This document shows positions 53,788 through 62,773 of a stretch of 64,000 bases of DNA, in pieces. The notes under the pieces are model-generated. The model ran no database searches. It was not told where the DNA came from and worked only from the letters and a program-made list of their open reading frames with translations. The DNA comes from an uncultured cyanobacterium. Its GTDB lineage: Bacteria > Cyanobacteriota > Cyanobacteriia > Cyanobacteriales > CAWUOF01. The stretch lies in contig CAVUSO010000001.1 of NCBI GenBank assembly GCA_963744145.1, forward strand, positions 7,200,001-7,264,000. Direction: 5' to 3'. The translations under genes were made by a program, and so were the position numbers. Every line of letters starts with the position of its first letter. The first letter of the stretch is position 1.

Positions 53788-54509
53788 TCACTCCCTACAA
53801 ATTCAAATGCTGCAAGTAAAGGCTGAAAAATTTCACAAATATCAGCCTCGTCAGCATTCGCCATTATTTTTTCGGCAAATACTGGAGGAGAAGTGTGTAA
53901 TTTCGTGATTGCCGCATAGATCCGCACATAATCTTTTGCTTCGACTAAAGTAATACCATTTCTAGCCAGCAAATCCGGCATTTCATCAGTAATCTTGGCA
54001 GCCAAATTGTTAGGTGTAATCCGAATTTGTTCCGCCAATCTATTAACAGTATTCTCTCTTAACGCAAGCTCCAAAACATAATCATCAATGGTGGACTTAA
54101 TAAAGCTGTTATTCCATCGCCTAATTGCAATATGTAAAGCTAAACGAAAATTCAGGTCTGGGAGCGACAATGTATAAACATTAGATTGAGTTGAATGTGT
54201 GGTTAACTGTGGCATAGTAATTTGAATATCAATTCTATTTAACTCTCTTTGCAAAGCACCAGAAATACTTTGGCAAATCCTTGCTTCAGTCTCATCTGTA
54301 TGACTATCCAAATCACGTAAAATTACACAGTCAACTGGCTCTTTTTCTTCGAGTAGGGGTCTGATGCGATTCATCACTGTATTGTTCAATTTATCTTTGC
54401 CTTCAGCAGGTATATAAGTTGCGTAGTCCTTGTGATAACCAAGAAGCGTAAACATTTTCTTACATACCTTCTCTTCTGTAGAGCCTTCACCAAAGACCAA
54501 AATAGTCAT
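53784..54509 (-). CDS. Putative TOPRIM-fold nuclease partner of the ATPase, 241 aa
   Basis: ILVFGEGSTEE (EG motif), VILRDLD (DxD), STIDDY; ATG 2 nt after the ATPase stop with AAGGAAG RBS. Confidence 0.6.
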   Translation of the reverse strand: MTILVFGEGSTEEKVCKKMFTLLGYHKDYATYIPAEGKDKLNNTVMNRIRPLLEEKEPVDCVILRDLDSHTDETEARICQSISGALQRELNRIDIQITMPQLTTHSTQSNVYTLSLPDLNFRLALHIAIRRWNNSFIKSTIDDYVLELALRENTVNRLAEQIRITPNNLAAKITDEMPDLLARNGITLVEAKDYVRIYAAITKLHTSPPVFAEKIMANADEADICEIFQPLLAAFEFVGSE

Positions 54510-54511
54510 AG

Positions 54512-55798
54512 TTACTCTTCCTTTAGATGAAACTGCAATGGCGGCACAAAATCCTTCCAAGCCCGTGGGTCAAGACCAGAATCTAACCAGGTTACTAATG
54601 TGTCTTGATCAAACCAGGATGACTTTAATTGTCCATTGGATAAACTCAAGTGAAAGATTAGGGTGTCTTCTGAATGAAGATTTTTGTTTCGCAACATCTG
54701 GGTTATGTAGGCGACAAACTCAAGGTTATGGGTGGAAATAAAAACTTGGATCGGTTTGTCGCGAATAATTTTGACCACTTCCTCAATAAGTCTCCCTAGT
54801 GTTCTTGGATTTTGGAATGATTCTGGCTCTTCCCAGATCAACAAACCGGGTGCATCGGAAGTAACTCTTTCTGCCATCACTACTAACGGAGTTAATAATT
54901 TAAAAGCAGCCCTTGCACCATCACCAAAAGCATCAATAGACAAAGCAGGTCGATCTTTTGGAGCAATCCATCCTTGTAATTTTTGCTCATCTCCTCGCAG
55001 AGGTACAAACTGGACTATACAATCAGAACCGATTTCGTAAATCGCATCAAAATGCTGGGCAATACGCTGTGTCCACCCGGACACAGTGCTAATAGTGCGA
55101 CGATAAAACTCGCTCGGTACATAATCTTTCACCATTGATGTGTCGCAAAATAGAGTGTGTTGAGCTACAGGGGGTTTCCCCTCAATCATCCAGCTTGCAC
55201 TTCCCTTCGTGTAATAGGTTAAACCTGGATGCCAGCAAAACACTGTTCGATTTGGGTAAGCTAGATCAACAGATGCACTCATCAACTCCTTAACTAAATC
55301 AGCTCTTTTGATAAATTCATCCTTCTCCCTTTCGTCTAGTGCTTCTGGTATGAGAAGAGAATCTAAGGCAAATAGAGCAATACTGTCTGGTTCTGCGATC
55401 GAAAATCTGAGGTTATTCACATCATCTTGTAGTTCAAATTCTTGCAGAAGCTTAGGAGCAGATCGATCAGCTACTGAAACATTGAAACTACGACCGTCTA
55501 CTCTTCCTAAAGTAAATGATTCAACAGTGTCGCTATGTTTATTAGCAACTAGATTGAGCGGATTATAACCTAATATATCTGGCTCTGAAAGCAGTACATC
55601 ATAGGTTATGCTTTCTTTGTCTTTCTGGGAAATCAAACCTACTGCTGTCTGATTAATCGTACCTGCCAGATATAAAGCTTCCATTACCGCCGATTTTCCC
55701 GCATTGTTAGGACCAACAAACACATTGAATTTAGTCAAATTACGAATTTGACCGGACTCAATACCGCGAAATCCTTTAATAGTAATGCTGCTAATCAT
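54512..55798 (-). CDS. ABC-type AAA ATPase (AAA_15/AAA_21-like)
   Basis: ITIKGFRGI, Walker A GPNNAGKS, signature-like FGDG, Walker B LIWEEPE, H-loop STH. Confidence 0.88.
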   Translation of the reverse strand: MISSITIKGFRGIESGQIRNLTKFNVFVGPNNAGKSAVMEALYLAGTINQTAVGLISQKDKESITYDVLLSEPDILGYNPLNLVANKHSDTVESFTLGRVDGRSFNVSVADRSAPKLLQEFELQDDVNNLRFSIAEPDSIALFALDSLLIPEALDEREKDEFIKRADLVKELMSASVDLAYPNRTVFCWHPGLTYYTKGSASWMIEGKPPVAQHTLFCDTSMVKDYVPSEFYRRTISTVSGWTQRIAQHFDAIYEIGSDCIVQFVPLRGDEQKLQGWIAPKDRPALSIDAFGDGARAAFKLLTPLVVMAERVTSDAPGLLIWEEPESFQNPRTLGRLIEEVVKIIRDKPIQVFISTHNLEFVAYITQMLRNKNLHSEDTLIFHLSLSNGQLKSSWFDQDTLVTWLDSGLDPRAWKDFVPPLQFHLKEE

Positions 55799-57006
55799 AC
55801 TTGCTCTCTTGCCAAGGTAGTTTGTAAAAAAGTCTGAATCTCTGGAATTTTATGAATTGGCCAGGGTGTTTCAGTTGGTAAGAAAATGAGTTTGGCAGTA
55901 CGATAGTCAGTTGCTCTCAATCCAAGAGCTGTCAGCCAATGCTGCGGTTGAGCCAACTGATCTTTAAATACACTAAAAACTTCATCCTTAAACCTTCGCC
56001 CATCATGATCTTGAGGTAAATACATCCAACCCCGAAATTCCCATTGATTAGAATTATCCAGACAATATGCCCAACTAAAGGCAACTTTGCTCCGCACACG
56101 CTCATCCCCGCGTCCAATTGTACCAAATAACCAGTGAGGTAATGCTGGTGATGACCATTGGTGATGAAAGCGAAGGTGATTTTTAAGTGCAGGTGTAATG
56201 GGAACCATACCTTGCTTGGCTAACTGGTCAAGTTCTGTCCAACTATCTCGTCTTGTGCGTAGTTCTTTGATGCCAGGAATATTGTGCCACCAGTTTGAAG
56301 TTGTCGGTGTGAAGCGTAGCTTAAAGAAGGTAAAAGTCCGTAAATCTGGCTGCTCGCTCACGGATTGCTCCCCATATTTTTGCCAAGAGAACGATGATAA
56401 AGCATTTTTAACATGATCATTTTCAAGATCCACATTGATGATCCGAAAAATTCCGTAACCAAGCTGAGGACGCGCCCCCAAACTACCCCATGTTTCTATA
56501 AACCGCAGCAAAGCATGAACTATTGCTAAGATTTTCGGATCTCCTTGAATTGTAATTTTAAGTGTACCTAGCCAGCCCGGATTGATATACCATCCGCGGG
56601 TGCGATCTGGGGGAGTGACTTTTAATGGAACACTGGGTTGCCATACAGGTTGATTTTGCGGCTCATCTACACATACACTTAACCGAAACTGCCGTTTCCA
56701 GCCCGTGGCACCAAAAATCTGGGAAACATCACATAATCCAGACTCACTTAAATACTGACGACGTTCAACTTCATTTTTTTGGCGATATTTCTCAGCACTA
56801 AAAGTCGGCTTTAATCCACTGCGATCGCTAGATGTTGGATCTTTTACCTGTCCTCCTAATCCCCGCACTAACACTTCCATCCACCAACGTAAGCTACCCA
56901 GGATACCAGTTTCATGGATGCGATCTACCTTACCAGTCTCAACACCGCCAGTCCATAAGGGAGTCAATGTGTTGATTTTTACTTCCATTTTTCCCAAGTA
57001 ATACAT
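55795..57006 (-). CDS. cmr1: Type III RAMP Cmr1
   Basis: TLTPLWTGG, GILGSLRWW, IFGATGW, GSLGARPQLGYG; alternative start at 56988. Confidence 0.9.
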   Translation of the reverse strand: MYYLGKMEVKINTLTPLWTGGVETGKVDRIHETGILGSLRWWMEVLVRGLGGQVKDPTSSDRSGLKPTFSAEKYRQKNEVERRQYLSESGLCDVSQIFGATGWKRQFRLSVCVDEPQNQPVWQPSVPLKVTPPDRTRGWYINPGWLGTLKITIQGDPKILAIVHALLRFIETWGSLGARPQLGYGIFRIINVDLENDHVKNALSSFSWQKYGEQSVSEQPDLRTFTFFKLRFTPTTSNWWHNIPGIKELRTRRDSWTELDQLAKQGMVPITPALKNHLRFHHQWSSPALPHWLFGTIGRGDERVRSKVAFSWAYCLDNSNQWEFRGWMYLPQDHDGRRFKDEVFSVFKDQLAQPQHWLTALGLRATDYRTAKLIFLPTETPWPIHKIPEIQTFLQTTLAREQV

Positions 57007-57166
57007 TTACCCAAATATACCCTTTCGTTCTTTGACAATGCAATCCGCATTCAAACCGACAATACCTGCTTTACAGTCGGCGCTAACTTTGGGAAGATAT
57101 GCAGTCAGTCTTTTCGTTTAAGTTGCGGCGTGCTGATCATAAAATGGTACAACTGCCACCCGATTT

Positions 57167-57217
57167 ATACCAATTTTTGATGAGGGTGCATAGAATTAAT
57201 CCCCCCAACCCCCTTAA
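57167..57217 (+). repeat. Truncated left part of the 42901-43048 MITE family
   Basis: ATACCAATTTTTGATGAGGGTGCATAGAATTAATCCCCCCAACCCCCTTAA, then similarity stops. Confidence 0.75.
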
Positions 57218-57419
57218 CATTACTAGCAGCAGTTCCATCTTTAGTCGGCTCTACTGCGATCGCGACCTGATGCAGCAGCAATTTTAGCCTTATACTAGAT
57301 GGTGAGGACTTGCTGAATTGAGCTAGTGAGAGATTCTTAGACCATTTGATCACTCGTTAGAACAGCATATTTAGATGATCTGTCAAATTTTGTCAGTCAA
57401 ACTTGGGGTAAGCAAAAAT

Positions 57420-58826
57420 ATGCCTCGTTATATTAAATATCTTGAAGCTGAAGGAGTTCTTGGGCGCTTTGATATTTATCAAGAGTTTCAAGAAGGTGTA
57501 AACGTACTTTTTGGGAAAAATGGGACAGGAAAAACGACCCTACTTCATATATTAGCTAATTTACTTAATGGTGATTACAAGCGATTTGCTTTTCTTGAGT
57601 TTAGCAAAATAAAAGTTCAACTTGATGATGAAACAAATATTGTTATTTCCAAGAATACAAAGGAAAAAGATATTTACATTAATGTCACTAGCGATGGTGA
57701 TTATCTTACAGAAAATCTTTCGACTAAAGAGATTTTAGAGCAGGAGCCATCAAGAGAAGAAATATTTTCTTCTTCTGCTAAAATAAGCTCTTTTTGGCAG
57801 CAAATTTTCAGCCGAAAAAGAAATGAAGAAGACATAACCCCTATTCTACCAGTAGCTTACTTTCCTGCTTTTAGAACAATGATCGAGGCGTGGGCATCAT
57901 CAGTACAATATACAGAAAATCCTGAAGATACACAGGTTTTAAGTACAAATTTTGCACGTAAATTGTTTGGTTATTTTGTGCCGAATCTTAATTATCCTTC
58001 TCTGATTGAAATAGAACACAAATTAACTATAGAGATTAAAGAAGCGTTATTTAAAATAGCAGTTGCTGACCGAGAAAATTTTAGCAATTTAGTTCCAAGC
58101 ATCTTTCAAGTTTTGTCTAAAAATTTTCATTCATTAGAAAATACTGTTTCATTAGAAGAAGAATATGAAGAATATGAGAATATGCTTGAGGAAATAAACT
58201 CCTTAGTTAGAAAACTTGAAGACTATCCTCTCAAAGAAACTCCTACAATTACGCAAATTCGTACTTCTGTTGCAGATTTTCAAGTCGATGATCAATATAA
58301 AAGAATTGCCCATAAGGTACTGAAAATCTACCGGGAAGCTCTTGAAAAAGTGATTACAGTTCAAGAAGATTCTTTCAGAGGAATTGAGAAATATCTAAAT
58401 TCTGTAAACTCCTTTTTAGAAGGGAAAAAGATTGAGAGTTTGCCAGAAAATACATTAGAACGTAAATTACCAGTAGGAATAAAATTTGACGAAGGAACTC
58501 CAAAAACGATTTCTGGGATTAGTCATGCTTTATCTTCTGGGGAACGCGAAATTGTCACTTTGATTTATGCGGCAACTTATATGAGTAAACAGCAGATAGT
58601 TCTAATCGATGAACCAGAGATTTCTCTCCATGTGGTTTGGCAAAGACATCTGCTCCAAAAGATGTCAGAACAGCTTGGAGATAGACAAATTATAGTTTGC
58701 ACTCACTCTCCTGTAATTGGAGCGGATTATGAAGAGAGAGTAATTATTTTTGAGCCAAAGATTACCTGCTCATCTAAAACTACGATAGAGCATCAGTTGG
58801 TTGATGAAGATAATGAGGTATTCTAA
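57420..58826 (+). CDS. ABC-type ATPase (AAA_21-like; PARIS AriA-like)
   Basis: GKNGTGKT, FPAFR, LSSGE, VLIDEPEISLH, CTHSP; TAATG overlap with the next gene. Confidence 0.88.
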   Translation: MPRYIKYLEAEGVLGRFDIYQEFQEGVNVLFGKNGTGKTTLLHILANLLNGDYKRFAFLEFSKIKVQLDDETNIVISKNTKEKDIYINVTSDGDYLTENLSTKEILEQEPSREEIFSSSAKISSFWQQIFSRKRNEEDITPILPVAYFPAFRTMIEAWASSVQYTENPEDTQVLSTNFARKLFGYFVPNLNYPSLIEIEHKLTIEIKEALFKIAVADRENFSNLVPSIFQVLSKNFHSLENTVSLEEEYEEYENMLEEINSLVRKLEDYPLKETPTITQIRTSVADFQVDDQYKRIAHKVLKIYREALEKVITVQEDSFRGIEKYLNSVNSFLEGKKIESLPENTLERKLPVGIKFDEGTPKTISGISHALSSGEREIVTLIYAATYMSKQQIVLIDEPEISLHVVWQRHLLQKMSEQLGDRQIIVCTHSPVIGADYEERVIIFEPKITCSSKTTIEHQLVDEDNEVF

Positions 58827-59167
58827 TGGCTTACGATCCAGCATCTTACCGTCTATATTTAATGAATAGTATTAATAGCGGCAAAAATAAGCATATTCTT
58901 GTTGAAGGTAAAGATGATAAATATTTAATTGAAAAATTATGTCAGGATTTTTTACTTAAAACTAATCAACATACCACTAATAAAATCCTTGTAGATTCTG
59001 CTGAAAATCTTATTAAGGGAGATGAATCAATTCCATTTACCAACAATAGAGATAAAGTTGAATTTATAGCTAAGAGTGTTAATGGGAAACAATATGCTGA
59101 TGGTTTTATCGGTTTTGTTGATCGGGAGTTACATAAATTTGAATGGGACTATGATTGTATTTCAGAG

Positions 59168-61074
59168 CAGCAATTCTCATTTTGAAAAAAATCAGAGAAA
59201 ATTCTCTTATTTAAATAGAGAACTTGTGTCGAAGCATGATTTTTTGACAGATAATTATCATCCGACGCTGAAGATAGACAAGTTTTCAGAAATTTGTCCA
59301 TGAAAAATCGATTTCAACTGATACATCCAGATGAAATTCTCACCCATTTTTTAGGTTTTTTTTGATAAAAAAGTACGGGCGTATTGCAATACGCCCCTAC
59401 CCTTCCTCTTTCAATATATTGATATTTTTCAACTAGAATTTAGTTTTTTTAATGGGACATTCTCGGTGAGAATAAATGAGAATAAATCTGACCAATTTTT
59501 GAACCATAAATATTTTAATAAGGTCCGAATATCCTTAAAGAAAGTAGTAGGGGCGTATGGCAATACGCCCGTACTAATAGGTCACGAACTTTTTGATAGA
59601 TGTAATTAACTAAATCCAAAACAGTATGAAATAAAAAAGCTAGTAAATTCAAAGACAATAATAACTCGCACAAATGATTTTCACCATGACCAAAGTTATG
59701 CTCTAAATTATAACCGTGATTTTTAAGAACGTTATTACTTTCATTCTCAACTTTCCATCTGCTGCGCCCAGCTTTGACAATTTCTTCAATATTATTTTCA
59801 GTGATTTTATGATTAGTGATCCAATTATTTTGGTAGATAATTTTCTGTGTTTCCTCATTAATAACAGTCACTTCGTACCAATTAACTTCGAGACTTGATT
59901 CTTCATCTTTTAAGGGAACTCTATTAGCATAGCGATAACGATACAGGAGATTTTTTCGCCCATCCCATTGGGGCTTTTTAATGGTAGTAACTTCTCCACT
60001 TTTTTCTAAAAACTCTAGCCATTCATATAAAGTTTTATGCGAAGTTTCTCGACCAACAAAAATAAAATTATATCCTTGTTTTAGAGCTAATTCACAAATA
60101 GGTTGGTGGGCATATAAGTCATCCCCTAAAAGGGTTACAGGATAACCATATTTATTTTGATGATTCTTATTCAACCATCTTTTAACCGCCGCATTTTCAC
60201 AATCTTGTTTTTGATGACCATCCAGGTTTTTAATAAATTCTGGCGCTAAACTAATCACTTGGTTTTGATTAGGAGAAACTACAATAGGTGTAACACAGCT
60301 ATGAAAATAAGTGGTAGTTCCATTGCGATGATTACGACGGTTACAATGAGGACAATTTATTTTCTGTGATGAAAAATATTCGGTGCCATCTAAAGCCATT
60401 AAAATTTCTTCATCTAAGTAGAGAAACTTTTTCAAAACTCCGTTTTTATTTAACCATTCATAGACTTCTTGAAAAGCCATAAATATAGTAGCTGCTGGCA
60501 CCGGATCTAACAAATTTCTGATTTGATTATCACAGGGAATTTTCTTAATTGAAAATAAACTTTCTGCGTTATCTTTTCCTTTATTGCTTTTCATTAACCG
60601 CTGATGGTCTAAAAAAGATGCTGACTGAGTAAAAAAGATTGAAAATGCAGCCATCACTGCATCTTCTACCTGGTATTTCGTATTATTTCCAGGTTTCCTT
60701 TCATCAGGTAAGTCATGTAATTGTTGACGTAAAAATTCGATTAATTCAGGGATTTCTAGGGTCGCTGCTTTTTGAGCCATGTTTGAGTAATTTAACGTGC
60801 TGTCAGATTTTTAACTCACCGATTATACCTCATCTGATCACAATTATAAATTTTTATTTTCCTTGAATTCCCTATTCTAAAAACCGAACTATCAAACTGG
60901 ATTTCCCTCGTTCGTTGTCAGGCCATCCTCGATTCTATTGAGTATTTATACTTAGATATTGACCCAATTGTTTTTTAGCCATTGCCTCTGCCTGAAAAAC
61001 TGGTTATTTTGTACTATATTTTCAATTCCCAAATCGGGATTAATACTCTATTTTTTTTAAAATGAGAATTGCTG
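59168..61074 (-). mobile_element. ISNCY-like insertion sequence, 1907 bp, complete copy
   Basis: Same IRs as 8721-10627; 9-bp TSD ATTTCAGAG (59159-59167, 61075-61083). Confidence 0.95.
59515..60780 (-). CDS. DDE transposase (ISNCY-like)
   Basis: Identical 421-aa protein to 9015-10280. Confidence 0.9.
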   Translation of the reverse strand: MAQKAATLEIPELIEFLRQQLHDLPDERKPGNNTKYQVEDAVMAAFSIFFTQSASFLDHQRLMKSNKGKDNAESLFSIKKIPCDNQIRNLLDPVPAATIFMAFQEVYEWLNKNGVLKKFLYLDEEILMALDGTEYFSSQKINCPHCNRRNHRNGTTTYFHSCVTPIVVSPNQNQVISLAPEFIKNLDGHQKQDCENAAVKRWLNKNHQNKYGYPVTLLGDDLYAHQPICELALKQGYNFIFVGRETSHKTLYEWLEFLEKSGEVTTIKKPQWDGRKNLLYRYRYANRVPLKDEESSLEVNWYEVTVINEETQKIIYQNNWITNHKITENNIEEIVKAGRSRWKVENESNNVLKNHGYNLEHNFGHGENHLCELLLSLNLLAFLFHTVLDLVNYIYQKVRDLLVRAYCHTPLLLSLRIFGPY

Positions 61075-61806
61075 ATTTCAGAGCTTCAGGATATACTTAA
61101 CTCTCATGATGTAATCCAGCGCCTTATTTTATCAAGAGGTCACTCTATAGAAAACTATATTTTTGATTTTGCTATATTTTGTGAAGTCTTAGAGTATCTT
61201 TCAACAACAGTATATACAAGTCAATCTATAGCTTTGTTTAAAAAAACTTTTGAATCCACCCTTCGCCTTGCTTGTGCAATTGGGTTAGCAGCAACAAAGG
61301 CAAAAGTTCTATCCAAAGTTAATTCAACCATCGACTATAAGCTCCTAGATATCATTTCCTCCACAGACGTAGGTTTTAAATTTGATGACTGGGTACAAAA
61401 ATTAGTTTCTAGGGGGATATCCAATGTTCAAGCACAAGACTTAAAATTGCATTACGTTATTTATAAAGAACAGGTTACTAAGGCTTCAATTTCTCTAATC
61501 AGATGGATATGTCATGGTCATATTGGTTATGACTTTTTGAAAGCTTTGTATGAGAGATGTATAATTGAACTATGTCCCAATACACAAGACAAAGCTAAAG
61601 AATTAAGCGGAATAACCTGGCTTAAAAAGGAACAACTGTTTTATTCCTTCATTAATTCTTGGGTCAAAAAGTCCTTGGAAGAGCAGTGCGACTATCCTAA
61701 AGCTATCTTTGAATTGTTAGGGATAATATGATAGATATTCATCTTTTCTTCTTGCCAATCCATTTGGTAATTTGTAAAGTCAAACTGACGTTAACTTGAA
61801 AAAATC

Positions 61807-62769
61807 GTGGAAATAACTGTGGACTTAACTATCTTTTTCCAGCAATTTCTCAATGGTTTATCCATTGGTAGTGTTTATGCAATTTTTGCTTTAGGATATA
61901 CGCTCATTTTCTCCATCTTGGGGATTATTAATTTTGCTCACGGGGCGATTTTTACGCTCGGTGCTTATTTTACTTATGCTTTCATGGGAGAGTCATTTGG
62001 TTTTAATGGATTATTAGCAAATGCTGCTTTACCAATTAAGCTTCCCTTTGGATTTGCTTTGATTTTGGGAAGTTTATTAGCTGGATTGGTAGGAGTTATG
62101 GTGGAACGGATTGCTTTTAAACCTCTGCGCGATCGCCAAGCTGATTCCTTATTGACGATTGTATCTAGTTTAGGTGTTGCCTTGATAATTGTCAATTTCA
62201 TCCAGTATTTTGTCGGTGCAGAAAATTATACCTTTCCCGCAAATACTTATGGGAATTTACCAACAGCGATTAATTTTGGCACTAGCGAAAACCCAATTCC
62301 CATTCGGACTGTGCAAATAGTAATCTTTATTGTATCAGTATTTATTTTAGGAATACTAACTTATTTGATCAATGGGACTAAATTTGGCAAAGCGATGAAA
62401 GCAGTAGCTGAAGATCCAATTACTGCTAGTTTATTAGGAATCAATCCGGATTTTTTTATTGTCATGACATTTTTTATTAGCAGTTTTGTCGCTGGGTTAG
62501 CAGGTACTTTAGTGAGTACCAGTGTGAGTATTTCCGGACCATATTTTGGGATTGCGTTTGGTTTGAAAGGTTTAGCTGTAATTGTTTTGGGAGGTTTGGG
62601 AAGTATCCCTGGTGCTGTCTTAGGTGGTTTGGTAATTGGGATTATTGAAGCATTTGTCCCTGGAGATTTGTCTGCTTATAAGGATGCAGTTGCTTTTGGG
62701 ATATTATTTTTTATGCTATTAGTTCGACCTCAAGGTTTGTTAGGTCGTCGATTGATCCAAAAAGTTTAA
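61807..62769 (+). CDS. Branched-chain amino-acid ABC transporter permease (LivH-like)
   Basis: NGLSIGSVYAIFALGYTL, NFAHG, GKAMKAVAED, VLGGLGSIPGA, RPQGLLG. Confidence 0.93.
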   Translation: MEITVDLTIFFQQFLNGLSIGSVYAIFALGYTLIFSILGIINFAHGAIFTLGAYFTYAFMGESFGFNGLLANAALPIKLPFGFALILGSLLAGLVGVMVERIAFKPLRDRQADSLLTIVSSLGVALIIVNFIQYFVGAENYTFPANTYGNLPTAINFGTSENPIPIRTVQIVIFIVSVFILGILTYLINGTKFGKAMKAVAEDPITASLLGINPDFFIVMTFFISSFVAGLAGTLVSTSVSISGPYFGIAFGLKGLAVIVLGGLGSIPGAVLGGLVIGIIEAFVPGDLSAYKDAVAFGILFFMLLVRPQGLLGRRLIQKV

Positions 62770-62773
62770 GTAA

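Larger units (their letters stand above)
58826..61731 (+). pseudogene. DUF4435-like TOPRIM protein (PARIS AriB-like), 329 aa when restored, disrupted by IS
   Basis: ILVEGKDD, GFVDRE, HSIENY, CHGH; halves 58826-59167 and 61084-61731 join in frame (DCISE|LQDIL). Confidence 0.82.

Noticed and set aside
57007..57166. Possible small toxin remnant or leader upstream of cmr1
   Set aside because: No convincing ORF or repeat could be supported by eye
47578..61806. att sites, integrase or Tn7-like machinery for the island
   Set aside because: No flanking direct repeats, tRNA, recombinase or tns genes seen; the ISs are independent insertions
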